Shown here in pieces: positions 1 through 14,600 of a stretch of DNA of 64,000 bases (its first letter is position 1; each line of letters opens with the position of its first letter). This DNA is from an uncultured Elusimicrobia bacterium. GTDB taxonomy: Bacteria; Elusimicrobiota; Elusimicrobia; 2-01-FULL-59-12. Made by a program: the position numbers and the translations under genes. The stretch is from contig OY969767.1 of assembly GCA_963702895.1 (NCBI GenBank), positions 32,001 to 96,000 on the forward strand, written 5' to 3'. The notes beneath the pieces were generated by a model, which saw only the letters and a program-made list of their open reading frames with translations, had not been told where the DNA came from and did no database searches.

Positions 1-2600
1 CGTTGGTGGTGTCGAGCGTCACAGAGTTATCGGCCGGCTGGATGGGGGCCAGGAGGCGCGGAAGAGGATAGCTGCCTGTGTCATTCGAGAAGTAATATTC
101 CTTGTCGACGTGCAGGGTCTGCGGGCTGGGGATAATGGTGCGCAGCTTGGAGGCCGCGGGGATGTTCGTACTGGAGGAGACATTGGGTGCTGAGACGCCG
201 ATATAGGTGGCGGATGTGACGGAAACGCCAAGCGTCATTTGAGGATTGGCTAAGGTGGCAATATCAAAGGTCACAAAATAGTTGTTTAAGTTGCGGGCTT
301 GCGTATCAATTTTGAGCGGACCGGTGGTCAAATCGTTCAGGTCCGAGCTGTACGTGGTCGTATCGAAAACGATCTTGGCAAGCCCCGCGGCCGGATTTCC
401 GAAGACGCCTGTGCCGATGGGCGGCGCGTCAGCGACCGCGTTAAAGAGCCCGGTCCCCAGCTTGTCGACCCAGATCTTGATCCTGGCCACATCCGCGTCG
501 CTGGAGGTCCCCGTACGGGCAAAAGTTATATTCTGCAGAGCGGCCCGGGCTTTGTCGGTCTTCAGGCTGAAGCGCATGATCACTTGATTGGTGCTCCCCT
601 GCTGCAAGGAATCCGGTGTGATCGTGATCGGAACGTCCGTCGAGGTCAAGACCACATAGTCGGCGTACTCGAGGATGTTCGAGATATAGGAGACCGATTG
701 TCCCCCGACGGAAGGCAGCCCAATATTTCCGGAATAGTTCCCAACGGTCTTGGGAGCTTCCACGACGAAGTACGTGGTGGAACGAATTTCGGCGCCGAGC
801 GAAGCGACCGTATTGACCTGCGCCAATTCGTTGATGTCATAGGTGAGGAAATAGACCTCGGGCGTGGCGCCGAGCGCCTGGCCGCTCAGGAAGCCCTGCG
901 GGTCGATGATGGACATGTAGGCCTGTCCTTCGACGACGCTCCCAACCAGATGCGATGAGATCGTTGTGCCATCGATGCCGCGCGTGACCCCGGTGAGCTC
1001 GTTGTTCGTCGCGTCAAGTCCTGCGTAGGTCATCATTTCGCTCCCAATATTGAAGCGGCCCGGAGCGGGTGGGAATACAAAGGCGTTGGACACATGCACG
1101 ATATCCGTCGAAAGGTCCACGCTTTGGGTGAGGACCGCTTGTGCAAAAGTGTTGGTTTGGTTCGAGTTCGTCACTTGGATGTCGGTGGCCACATCGAAGA
1201 TGCCGTTGCTGTTGCTGTCGAGATAGAGTCGGATGGCCTCCACGTCCCGCGCCTTGTTGAGCCCGTTGGGATTGCCTCGGTCCAGACGCAGGTGCGTGAG
1301 AATCGCCGTATTGACGACGCCGCCACCGGAGGGGTTTCTCGCCTGCAGGGTCATTTTCATGATCGGTACGTTTTGATTGCCTTGGGTGGCGACGGCCGGG
1401 ACCGAGAAGCCGCCCGCGGGGTCGTTGACGCGCGACAGGTCCAACTGATCGTTGGAGGGGTTCACCGTGATGGTGGAGGAATTGATTTGCGCAAACGACG
1501 CGACCTGTCCATCGGTCGGGAAGATGTCCGACGGACCGCGCACGCTCATCCCCTGGCTGGCCTGCACGGCCGCGGGGCTGATGTCATACGTCAGGAAGAC
1601 GTAGCTGGTGGTGGGCGTGACGATGAGATTCGAGGTCAAAGTCACCGTCGATTCCTGATTGACGAAAGGTGTCACGCCCGAAATCAGCGCGTCGATCGAA
1701 GACTCGAGCGTTCCGTTGCCGTTGACGTCCTGGTAAATCTTGACCCCCGTGATATCAAAATCGTTGCCGGTGCCGGAGCGCGTCACGCGGATCTTGTTGA
1801 CCACGCCCTGGAAGGCATCGGTCCACATCGCCAGCCGCAAGAAGCCCGCCGCCGTTACGCCCTGAATTAAGTTGTTTTGCTGAGCAAGACCCGAGCCGGG
1901 GTTCCACCAAGCGGCGATGTCTTGCCCCTGGACGCGGATATTCGCGGGCTGGCGAACCACGGGTGAGGTGCTGGTCAGCATTTGGAAGTTATTGCTCGCC
2001 ACGCCCAGCCCTGAGACCGTGATCTGGGTCGGATCGGTGATTTTAAGTCCCAGGTTGGCGGGCAGCGGGGTGACGGTGGAGCTCGAGATACGTACGGCCA
2101 CGAAGAGGTTTTTCTGCTGAATGGCGGTCACGGTCAGATTAAGGTTGGAGAAGGTGGCGACACCGCTCACAAACGTCGCCGTGGTCAAGACCTGATCATA
2201 CGTCGGCAGGCCGCCATAAGAGGTTTCGGGATCCATGACGCCGTCACCGTTGGCATCATAAACCAGCTCCAGCTCCGAGATATCGGAATCACCCAGAACT
2301 CCAGACACGGTTTGTTTGGCCACACGGATCTGCGAGACGACGGTGCTTGAGGAATACGTGGGCGGCAAGAGCGCTAAACTCAGGCGTATCATGGGGACCG
2401 GGATAAAGTCGGTGGGCAAGCTCCCGTTTCCTTGGGCAATGCTCGTCTTGCCTTGCCACGGTGTGCCGACCAGGGCCAATTGTTTGGCGGCGTAGGTCGG
2501 GTGTGCCGGGGAAACGGGAGCTAGGTCGACGGGTGTGACCACAATCCCGGCTGTCACGACATCGCCAAGAGAATTCACCGGGATGGTCCGTGCGATATCG
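1..2600 (-). repeat. Type-C repeats with putative Ca2+-binding D-x-N-x-[ND]-G loops
   Basis: ELVYDANGDGVMDPE (~2225-2270), KIYQDVNGNGTLESSID (~1691-1742), RLYLDSNSNGIFDVATD (~1181-1231), degenerate IKIWVDKLGTGLFN (~441-482). Confidence 0.65.
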
Positions 2601-5600
2601 TTTGTCCAGCCGCGGACCAGGGTCTCCGACGAATCGAAGGAGTTGTTGCCGGGGACCAACGCCGGCACCGGCGTCGCGTAGTCGGTGGCCCTCACTTGCA
2701 GGGTCTCCTGGATGCTGTCGCTGATGAGAAGATTGCCGTAGACGCCGCGATCGGCGAGCGTAAAGGTGTAGGTGCTAATCGGCGTCGCGGGCGCGGAGGC
2801 GTCCGCCAGGAAGACCGTGTCCGTGGAACCGCTCGTCGTGAAATGAATGCTTCCGGTGTAGTATTGGCCGTTCTTCGGGTCGCCTGTGGCGACGTTCCCG
2901 AATTGGTCGCGCGCCGAGAAGGTGCCGAAAGGCAAGAGCGTGTTCACAGGGAGCGGCGTTGCCGCGACATGCGCGGTCTCAATGGTGATATACGATGCCG
3001 GCGCTGGAGAGATAAAGTGGGTGATGCGGGCGTCCGCCAGGACGTTCGCGTTGTCGTGGGCGACCATCGTGTGCGTCCCCTGGATCATGTCGTAGTAATA
3101 CATGCTGACTTGGGAGGAACCGCTGGTGAGCGGCACCGGCAGCACACTCGGAGCGCCTCCCGAAATATTGACGAAGGTATTCAGGTTGGCCGGGCTGATG
3201 CCACCGCGGGCGCCGCTGGAAGGCAGCGTGGAGGTCGCGTTATCGATATAGAACGCGATGACGGTGTTGCTCGAGACGGGCGAGACATTGCCGAACGCGT
3301 CTCTCGTCTGCGCCGTGATGACCGTCGTGGTCGGAGCGCCCACGAGGTAATTGGGCTCGTACTGGACCGTGGTGCCTGCAATCAGGTAGCGCGATGGCGT
3401 GATGAAGGCCAGCTGGCTGGGCGGTGCGGCCTGGACCGTGTAAGTTGAGGTCGCCGAGCCCCATCCGGAGCCCGACTTGGACACGGTCACTTGATGATTG
3501 CCCGCGAGCGTATCCACCATATAAAAGGTTGTTGTGCTTTGGCCTACAGCAAGAAGCGCCGTGCCCGTCCCCGAGCTATAGGAACTCGTGCTGTAGGGTG
3601 TCATGAATTTGAGAGTGCCGGTCGAACTGGAGGACAGGTCGAAAGCCGCCGTGGGCCCGCCAAAATCTCCGGTTAAAATCGGTGAGGGGTTGCCGTAAAT
3701 GTCCTGCGTGGCCATGGTGAAGACTTGGCTCGTCGTCCCCGCGACGAGCGTCGAGGGCGCCGTCAAGAAGCCGAGGTTATAGATGGAGCTAGGAACAATG
3801 TTGACCGGCTGGGAAGCCGTGCTCCACGACACGCCATTCACCCACGCGGAAATCCGTGGACTTGAAGAAGGAACAGCGTAATTCACACTGGCATGGGTGT
3901 CCAGATAGTAGAAGGTCGCGCCCCAAAGTCCGGAGTTAATGACGATCGAGGTCGTCGAGGCCTGGAAGCCAGGCGCTGTAGGAGGTGGCGGTGGCAGGAT
4001 CGCGGTCGACGCCGAAAAGCCGTACGCGTCAAAAGAAGAAGACGCCACGCGGTTGCTGAGGAGCTGAACGGTCATGGAGGAAGCCGTCGGTGTGGGGTTC
4101 CCGTAGGTGTCCTGCATTTGTACATTAAACGCGGAGAGGTTGAGGTCTCCCGTCGGATGCAGTGGAAGTCCCGCCTGGAGGGTCCTGGCGGGCGTGTGGA
4201 AGGCCATTTTGGCCGTAACACCAGGATTTACGATCAGGTTGTACGGTATGCGGATATTGGCGTTGCTGTAGCTTGATCCCACATACGCCTGGAGGATCCA
4301 CGTGCCCAGTCGTCCATCTTCCTGTGGGGTCGAGGACATCTTGTCAAAATAGACAAACGATTTTTGAGATTCCCCGCCCGTGAAGCTCACACCCGAGATC
4401 GGCGTTCCCCCTGCTGTCTGGAATTCAAAGTCATGGCTGGACGACGAAAAGCCACGGCCGGCATGCGTCGCGACTTGGCTGTTCGCCGAGTAATCCAGCG
4501 AGACATTGAGGTTCGCGAGGGTCGTGGGGTTGTCAAAGTCGTCGCGGCGCTCCATCACAAAGGGCGTCAGGGACGAAGCGAGCGTCCCGGCGGTTTGTGA
4601 GACAGGCGCGGAGAGATACGCCAGCTTGCTCGTCGTACCGCCGGTGGTGGTCATGCGCCCGGAGGTGTTCGAAACCAAGAGCGCGCCGACGGTCGCGGAG
4701 AACCGAACTTGGGATGAATCTCCTGCTTTGGATGAGACGTAGTAATAGAGTCCCGAGGAGACGCCGATGGTGCCGCTCGAGTCGGTGACAACGCTGCCGA
4801 TGGGAACAGGCGGTGTCGAGGAGGAGGCGGTCACGCTCGCGGAAAGGGTCCCCGTAGCGCCGACCACGCCAAAGGTGGAAAGGGTCACCACGATGCCGGC
4901 GCTTGAAGCGTAGTTGTTATAGGAGTCCGCGAGCTTGGCAAAGATCGGGTAGCTTCCCAAGGAGCTTAAGGACCCTGCGGGGACATTCACGTCCGCGGCC
5001 GGGCCCACCACAAACTGCGAGGGGTCACCCGCGGTGATGGTTAAGTAGGGTCGTGTCGAGTACACCACGCCACCACTTCCCCATCCCCTCTCGGAGGTGA
5101 TGTTGATGGGGTCGGAGGTGTCATAAGCCTTGATCCAGCGACTCCCGGCCGCGTACAGAGAGAAATAGTTCGTCAGGCAAATTTGTCCCGCGCCCGAGAT
5201 GAGGTTATAGTTTGTCGTCCCGGGCAACCAAGCGGGATTCTGGGCCGAATCCGTAAGTCCGCCGTTCGAGGTTGTTTGCGCGTCAAAGGAAATCGAGGTC
5301 TGCGTCACCGGGTCGGTATAGGGGCCTGTCGACATCACGTTATGGTACTGGTCATGCATGACGACGCATCCCGAGAACGGCTGCCCAGCGATGGCGGAGG
5401 CAGGATAGTTTGTGAAATGGACGTGATGCTTTTGGCCTGGGTAGACAGGAATGGCGGAACTCGTGCCCGAATTCACGCTCTGAGGCGACGTCGGTGTCGT
5501 TGAGGCTGTGATCATGAAGCTGGCCTGCGCGGAACTTGGCTTCACCGTAAAGTTGAGATACCCCTGGCCCGGCAGAAGTGAACTGGGATTGCCGGGTGAG

Positions 5601-8600
5601 ACCCACATGACGCCTGAGTCGTTGCCTGTGAGCTGGACCTCCGGCATCGTGCCGGTTGGCACGATATTGTATTGGGCGTCTGTCTGATAAACCGTGACGA
5701 CAAAATTCTGACCCGCGACCTGCGGACCGGGCGTGCCGGTCTTGCCTGTGGCCGATCCTGGCACAAGGGTCTCACCAGGAGCAAGGACAAGGAGTTGAGT
5801 GGCGGCGCCCGGCACAACCGTGAAGGTCCCCGAAACCGGCGATGTCGAGGCAGTCCAGGTGGTCCCGCCGTCCTGCTGATTCGTATCAACGGCCGCAGCG
5901 GTATGGCTTCCCGCCGTGCGCATCTGGACCGTGAAGACGCCTTGCGATTGACCATTGACAAAGGTTTGCGTCGCGGAGACGACACCGAAGGTGTCTGAGG
6001 TGACGATCGAGAGGTCTTCCGCGTTGTGGCTGGTCACCGGGTTAAAGTAAGTATCCACCACTTTCACCGTGGCCGAAACCGGCGAACCGGCGGTCAAGGT
6101 CGTGACGGGCCCCGATTTGCCGGGCGCGCCGGAGCCAGGTGTTTCTGATTCCACGGGCATGAGCAGAAGGAGGTTCGATGCGGTCCGCGGACTGGCCGTC
6201 AGGATTGATGAGACAGAGGTCGTCCATGGCGGCGCGTGTCCCGCCGACACATCGGTGAGGACAAACTGGTGTGTGGCCGCCTTGAAGAGCGACATGCCCG
6301 CAAACGTCACTTGCCCGGTCAGGGCCGTCGTGTTTTCAGTGGCCGACGGGATCGACGCGTAGGGATCGGTATTGTTCTGGACCGAGATTTGGATGGACGC
6401 GCTGTTGGCGCCGCTCGAGGCAGGCGGGACCGTGATGATGTTGTAGAACTTGTCTGTGACAAACCCCACCACGTTCAAAACGTTGCCGACGGTATAAGCG
6501 GAGACAGGACCGGTCTTGCCCGTGGCCGTTCCGGGCGCGGCGGACTCGCCCGGCAAAAGGGCGAGAAGATTGCGGGTGAAGCCGCTGGAGCCATTCGCCT
6601 GAACAGGGACTCGCGAGGACGTGAAGGCGGTGTAAGAATAGGTCGAGCTGGCTTGCAAGGTCCACCCTTGAGTGGAGGCTGTGACCAGGTTGTAGCTCAC
6701 CGCAAAGGAGCCCGTGCTGATATACACCAGGACCGGATCTTTTCCGTCAGAGGTCCAGGGGCCCGTCGAGGTATTGTTGGGATCCGAGGACACCAGACGT
6801 ACGGGCCCCGTGGCGCTTGTCACCGGGTTCCAGAAGGCGTCCACGAGACTCACCGTCACTCTAAACATATTTCCCGCCAGTTGTGTATTCGGAGTTCCCG
6901 TAACTCCTCGCAGCAGCGATAAATTGCCGGGGACCGCTGTCTCGCCCGGGAGGACGAGCTGGACTTTGGAGGCCGCTGCCGCCGTTACGGTGAACGTCGA
7001 TGAGGCGGTGGCCAGGACCGGAGAATCACTATTGTTGTCTACGGCAAAAAGGGTCGTTAACCCCGCGGTGTAGGGATTGACAGTGTTGACCGTGAGTTGT
7101 CCCGCGACGAGGCTGAAAGAGTCCGGGTTGACGTCATAGGGGTCACTCGTGTAAACGAAGACGGGGTTGCGTCCTGTGGACACCACGTTGGAATATTGAT
7201 CGGTCGCGTAAATCGTCGCTTCAAAGGCCGTGCCGGCCGTTTGGGTTGATGCGATGCCGGTGTAGCCGCCGAGCGTGCCGGGGTAGTGCGTCTGGCCAGG
7301 CAGTAGGATCAGCAGTTTTGTGGGACCCCCCGGCGCCACCACCACATTCGTGCTGGTGTCCGGCAAGTAGAAGTTTCCTGTCGCGGTGCTGGCCGCGAAG
7401 GACCAAGCTCCCGTGGTGACCAAAACAGCCCCGAAGGTCGCGGAAGCCGTGCCCGGATCGAGCGACTGCGGGTTTCCGCCGATGAAGGCAGGCTCCGTAT
7501 CATTCGGGTCGGTGCTCAAGAGCTGCACGCTGGGCAGAGCGGCATTGGTCTGCACGTTGTAGTAAGCGTCCGTCAGCCTGACCGTGACGTTGTAGGCTAT
7601 GCCGGCTGTTGCGTTGGAAGGTGAGCCAGTGCGTCCTTCGATGGTGACGTTGCCCGGGACGGCGGTTTGATTGGGCAGCAAAAAATGAAGTTTGGCGGCG
7701 GGCCCCGGGCCGACAGGAATCGTCGCGGAAGTCGCGGAGGAAAGCGTCGTGGCCGAACCGGATGTGGTCGAAACGCTCAGTGTCCATCCACCGGGGCTGG
7801 GATTGGCTTTGGCAAAGACCATCTGGAAGAGGGTCGTTCCGGCCGTGAGCGTCTGGGGCGCAAGGCTTGCCGCGTAAGGATCGTTGCTCGCCAGCGTCAC
7901 CTGAGCGTTGGCGGGGACAAGGTTCCAATTCGCGTCGACGGCATTGACGGTCACCGGGAAGCTGACACCAGCGGCCTGTGTGGTGATGCTCACGGAGGTC
8001 TTACCGGTCGGCGAACCCGGCGCGGCGGTCTCGCCGGGCACCAGCAGCTGGAGTTTGACAGGCACGTTGGCGAACACGGAGAACGTGGAGGATAAAACCG
8101 TCATGGAGCTGGGATCAAGCGCAGCGCCCGACTGCCACGTCGCGGTAAAGGAGGTGGAGGCTGTGGCGACTGTGAGCACGAAAGCATAGGTCGTGGTCCC
8201 CGTTAAGGGCAGGATTGGCTGAGGGGCATAGGTATCCGTGTTATTCTGCAGTTTGACGCTCACGCCGGCGTCGGCCACCACGTTAAAATGCTTGTCAACC
8301 ACACGGATGATCACATGGCTCGAGATCCCGGTCGTCCAAGCTTGCGTCGCGCCGGTTCGGCCTGTCCCATTGAGGTTATAGGTGCCTAAACCCCCCACGC
8401 CTGTTTCGCCGGGGAGCACGAGTTGCAGAGTCTTCTGCGTGCCCGAGCGGACAGGGATGCTCGGAGACACATCCGTCTGTCCGGGCGCAGTGAGCGTGAG
8501 GGCCCACCCGGAAGCATTCGCGGTGACAAAGGTCCAGGTGGAGATCAGCGATCCGCTGTTTAAGGACACAGGCAACGGATCGGTTTGATATTCACCCGGG

Positions 8601-11600
8601 CGGTGGTCGTAAGGATCGCTTGACGTCAAGGTCATCCCGCTAGGCTGGGCGCTGGTCACGTTGAAGTACCGGTCGACGGCGCGAAGGGTGGGGTTAAAGC
8701 TCGCCCCCGCCGCTTGGGTGCTGATGGTTGTCGTTGCTTTTCCTGTGGCGGTTCCCGGAGCGCCGGTTTGTCCGGGCACCAGAACTTGAACCGTACTGTA
8801 ATCGGTGGCTGCCATCACGAGCCCGCCCGATTGGTAAGGAGCTCCGGTCGTAAAGCCAGCTGCGGAGGCGTTGAGATAGGTTGTTCGTGTGCCGTTCGGG
8901 AAGATTTCGGCGGTCTTGAGCATGAACGGCATCGTGACGACGCCTGCGGACATGATCTTCGGGCTGTCGGTCGAAGGGGACACCATATTGGGGTCATCAG
9001 CGCTGAGTGTGACCACGGGGTTGGTGCTCGTCACGATGTTGTAGTAATTGTCCACAGCGCGAATTTGAACGTAATAAGTGGTCCCCACCATAAACGGCCC
9101 GGAAGGCGAACCTTGTTTGCCGGAACCGGCAGAACTTCCCTCCTGGCTGCTTTCCCCGGGTGCCAGCACCAGGAGTTTCGTGGCGACATCCGATTGAACG
9201 ATGACCCATGTCGACAAGCTCCTCGTGTAGGGATCTCCCGTGGAAGTGCTCGCCGTAATCTGCCAGCCCGCGGGGTTCCGAGTGATCATGGTCACGTTGT
9301 TGAAGACGGCTTGTCCAGTGGGATTGGGGTTGACGCCTGTTTGCTTGGAACCCAGGGCCGTGACGCCGGCGCTTGCGAACGGATCATCCGTCGCGAGCTG
9401 CACAAAGGTGTCGACCGTATTGGCCCGGTTGAAGTAGTTGTCGACAAGATTGACCGTCACGTCAAACGCCTGGCCGGCCGTAAACGGCTGGACGCCTCCC
9501 GTTCCCAGATCCCCATCGGGCAAGCCGCTGTAGCCGCCATTTTGTCCTTGGTCATAAGGGGCCTTGCCGGGATCCGACGTTTGACCTGGCAAGAGGACCT
9601 GGAGTTTGGCTGCAGGTCCCGCTCCAACGGTGACAGGGTCGGAAGTGGTGCTGATGAGGACTTGTCCAAGGTAACTGGGAAGAGTCGACACGGACACGGT
9701 CCATGGCCCAGGGGCTTTCACAAACGTGATCGCGAAGGGTGTGGGGCCGTTCACGACCTTGGTCGCCGGATCCACATCATAAGGATCGGTGGTCAGCATC
9801 TGAATTTGAGGCGTCAAGTCGATCCTGGGGTTGTAGAACCGGTCCGTGATGGTCACGGTGCTTATATAAGGAACACCAGCGGTCGCCGCGTCCGCAGTCC
9901 CCGTAAAGCCGCGCGCCGATCCCGGAACAGCGGTCTGGCCCGGCAGCACCAGCAGGATGTGATCAGAGGTTGTGGAGTTCACAACAATGAAGTTGGAGGT
10001 GTCCGAACTCACCGTGATCGCGGAGGCCGCCGTGGTCGCGGCCGTGACTTGCCAGCCAGGGGACGTGTTGGCGGCTTTGAACATGATATTGAAAGTGCCC
10101 TGACCGCCGATGCCTAAGGTGAGCGGGTTGGGCGCCACGGTTGCGTAGGCGTCTGTCATCGTCATGTTCACCGTTGGCTGAACGGCTTGAGCCACCTTGT
10201 TAAACCGGCTGTCCACCAGATTGACGGTCGCGACCCAGCTCGTTCCGGCGGTTGTGACCGAGGGCGAGCCTGTTTTGCCGACAGGCGCGCCAGGGACTGC
10301 GGTCTCTCCAGAGACCAACAGCTGCAGATGAACAGGCGTGCCGGTGTTGACCGGGATGGCGCTCGAAGTCGAGCTCGGCACGCTAAAACCGCTTGCGTAA
10401 ATCACCTGCGGACTGAAGGTGACGGTGGAAACAGCGAGCGTCACGTTGACGCCGGCAACGCTTAAGCCTCCGGAGAGATTCACCGTCCCGGCGGAGAGCG
10501 ACCCGTAGATGTCCGACAGCGACAGGGCCACAACGCCGTTTGTGGAGACCGTGTTGTAATAGGCGTCGACCGCGCGCAGAGTTCCGGCGGCCAGCGCAAA
10601 CGAGGTGCCGGCGGTCTGCGGCTGCGGCGTGCCTGATTTGCCGGAGTTCGCGAGATCGCCAGGGACCGCTGTTTCGCCTGGGACTATGATCTGGAGTTTG
10701 GCGAGAGTCCCGGCATCCACGGGAACGGGCGAGGAATTGTTGATGGCAAAGAGGTTGCCGCTGGCGGACCCGCTCGAGGTGAGGACCCAGCCTGGCGTCA
10801 GGTTTTTCGTCGCCAACTGCACGGAGGTGGCGAGGATGCCGCTGGTGGTCGGCGCGCCGCCCACGAGAGGATTACTGACATGCGGATCATTGGTTTGGAC
10901 GTAGATATTGGGCTGACCGACCGAAGGCGTCTCCACGAGGTTCCAGTAATCATCGACCGTGCGGACCGTGATGGGGATGGCCTGGCCGGCGGTGAAGGTG
11001 GCCGGGGCCCCCGTCTTGCCGCCCGTGCCGAGCGGGAAGTAGCCCGTCCCTTGCGCGGGGTTTTCTCCTTGGACCAGGATCTGTAGATTTCTCTTCGTGA
11101 CATCCGGATCGACGGCCAGCGACAGATAGGCTGCGTTAAAGCCTGAGGCCGTTGCCGAAGCGGTCGTGAGGGTGGGGGTTGTGCCGCCCAGATCCGGCGT
11201 GCGCTTGGTCACCCAGTTCCACTGGAAGGTGGTGGTTCCTTGCGTGAGCGTCTTCGCGAAGCTCGCCGAGGGTTTGGCGTTGGCGTCATCGGTGACGATG
11301 GTGACGGCGGGATTCGTTGAGATGATGTTTCCCCAGGTGTCCGTGGCGTCGAGCGTAAAGGTGATGGTGGAGCCCGCGACAAAGTGGGTGTCCGCAGCAG
11401 GGCCTACCGGCGAGCCGGTCTTACGGTCTGTGCTTCCGGGATCGGCGCTTTCTCCGTTGACGAGGAGCCGCAGGAATTTCGCGCTGCCTTGCCCGGAATC
11501 CGGATAGACCCTCGCCTGCGGCGACGTATAGGTGGGATTGCCGAGCCCCACCACGGTCGCCTGGAGGGTCTGATCGAACCCGTTGTAATCGACAGCCTTA

Positions 11601-14600
11601 AAGAGCGTCACGCTGTAGGTCGTGGTGCCGTTCACCATGTTCTTCGTGCCGATGCCGGTCGCGTGCGTGTCCTGAGGTGCGCTCAGGGTGACGGTGGCCG
11701 CCGAGCTCGTCTGGTTCCAATAAGCGTCCGTGGCATAGACGGTGACCATCTGCGCGGTCCCCGCAGTCCAGTTGGAGGGATTGTCCGGCGTGGCCTTGCC
11801 GCCTGTGCCTCCGGAGGCGGGCGTGTGAGGAGGCTTGCCCGTCATATAGGTTTCGCCCGGCAGTAGAATCAGAACCCGGTCAATCGCTCCTGAGGCGATC
11901 GGGATCCCTGCTACGGTCGCTGTGGAGTACGAGCAGGTGCCGACCTGGCAGTAGATATCCAGGCTCTGGGTCCCGGCTTGATACATCTGGACGGCGAAAT
12001 GGGTAGTGCCAGAGAGGAGGGTGTTCGTGGCGCCGTCAAGATCGTAAGGATCGGAACTCTGGAACCAGACAGACCCCGTCGCTGCGTTGCCCACGGGGTT
12101 GTAGTAATTGTCGGTGATGGTGGCGGTGGCGTACCAGAGCGTACCTGCCGTGATGGTCGCCGGACTTCCGGAGAGGCCATTGTTGGAGACATCCCCGGGG
12201 ACGAGTGTGAGTCCCGGCAGAGTCACCATAATCTTGGACGGGGCGTCGGCGACGACCGGCAAGAGCGGTGATTGAGCGCTTGTCAAAGCGGCGCCGGCGG
12301 TGGTCGAGACGCTCACGCGCCAACCCGCGGCATTCGCGGTGAGGAACTGGAAGGCGAAGACCGTTGTCCCGTTGACGAGGTTTTGCTGGACGTTGGTCGT
12401 CAGGGCATAAGGATCATCAACGGTCATCTGAATTTGGGCCCCGGCCGAGGCGACGCGGTTAAAGAGGCTATCGGTGGCGTTCACCGTGGCTGTATAGATT
12501 TGGCCCGCGGTGAAGGGTGTGCCGCTATTGGGTGTTCCGGTCTTTCCGGCCGGCGCGGCCGTTTTTCCGGGCACCGCGGTTTCCCCTGCGATCAAGAGCT
12601 GAAGTTGTGTGGCCGCGGACGGGTCGACGGCAAAGACCGTAGTGGTCGCACTCGAGTAGGCGTAGGTCTGCACGGCGCTCTGCCGCACGAAGAAATTCGC
12701 GGTGGTGGTCGACGCCCGGATGGCCGCCGACACGGTATACGAGCCGTTGTTAACCGTGAAGTTGGGCGCGGGTGATGTATAGGCGGGGTAGAGCGTGGCG
12801 TTCGCGCTGATTTGAACAGCCGGGTTCTCGGCATCGAAGATCCGGTTATAGAAGCGGTCGGTGGCGATCACGGTGACAGGCACCATCTGGCCGGCGGTCG
12901 GAGTGGAAAGGCCGGTCCCCGTGAAGGGCGTGCCCGTGCGTCCGCCGGGGGCCGCCGTCTTGCCAGGGGTGTAGGTCTCGCCAGGGAGAAGGGCCAAGAG
13001 CTGATGCGTGTGGAGGCCGCCATTGAGCGTGTCGGGGTTGACGACCACAGGCCCTGTGGTGATGGCCAGAAGAGCGGGCCCTGAGCGTGTGGAGGCGGTG
13101 ACCATCCAGCCTGACGGATTGGCGGTCTGGAACGGATGGTTGTAGGTGACGGTAAAGGTCCCCACGCCCGTTAGGAAGGATTTCGAATTATCCGGATTGT
13201 TGGGATCATAAGGATCGTTGGTCGCAAGCCTAATCCCCGTCGCGCCCGAGGCATAGCCGACTGCGTTGTACCAGGCGTCCGTCATGCGCACGGTGACCCA
13301 ATAATTCTCGCCTGCGATCGTGCTCGTCGGGGCATTGGTTTTGCCGATGGCAGATCCCGGCATGGGACTTTCTCCCGGCAGGAGGACCTGGAGTTTGGCG
13401 GCGGTATTGGCTTGCATGGCGAAACTGGGAGAGGTGTCGCCCATTACGGCGCCGGAAACCCAGAGAGTGTGATTGAGCGCCCCCGCGGCCGGCGTCTGGG
13501 CCGTGAGGAGCGTGATGGTGAAGGTGGTGGAACCGGCGGTGAGCGCCTTCGTGAGAGGAACGGTATCCGACGGTGTGCCGTAGACGTCATCGCTGTAGAG
13601 GCTGACGGCGGCATCGGTGGAGATCCTGTTATTGAAGACGTCCACGGCGTTGACCGTTGCGCTGAAAGAAGTGCCGGCCGTAAAGGGAGCCGCCGGGGCG
13701 CCGTTTTTGCCGGCGGGGTCTCCCGCGAAGCCATAATCCAGCGGTTTTCCGGGCTCCGCTGTTTCACCCTGGACGAGGAGCTGGAAATGGTCCAGAGCGG
13801 CTGGGTTGATGGTGATGTTGGAGACGGTCCCGGTGGAGTATTGATCGAGCGTCGAAGGATAGATGTTCAAGCTCTGGGTGCCGGTGGTGATCATGGTCAC
13901 GGCAAAGTTGGTGGTGCCGCCGGCCAGAGTGCTGGTGGAGCCATCGCGATCATAGACATCGGACGTCTTGAACCACAACGACCCTGTGCCGTTGTTGCCG
14001 ACGGGGTTGTAGTAATCGTCGGTGATGGTGGCGCTGGCAAACCAGAGGCCTCCGGCGATCTGCTTGTCCGGAGTTCCCGAGAGGCCGCCCTGGGAGACAT
14101 TGCCGGGGACGAGTGTGAGTCCCGGCAGAGTCACCATGATCTTGGTTGGCGTATTGGCGGCCACGGGCAGCGCAACGGACTGATCATCGGACAGGGCATC
14201 GCCAAAAGATGTGGAAACGCGCACGGCCCAGCCCGATGGCGTTGCAGTCAAAAACTGCAGGTTAAAGAGGGTCGTCCCGTTGATGAGGTCCTGTTGGATA
14301 TTGGTCTGAACCGCGTAGGGATCATTCACTGTCATCCGAACCTTCGCCGACGCTGAGGTGACGCGGTTAAAGAGGACGTCGGTCGCGTTGACAGAGGCGG
14401 TGGAGATCACCCCCGCCGTGAACGGCGTCGCGGGCGACCCGGATTTTCCGGTGGGAGAACCAGGATTCGCAGTTTCTCCCTGGATCACCAGCTGCAGCCG
14501 GGCGGCAGGGCCTGCGCTCACACCGAAGTTGCTGCCTGTGTTGGCGTTGTAGACGTAGGTTTGCACGGGGGCCACCTGTGTAGCGGTGAAGAGATTGGTG

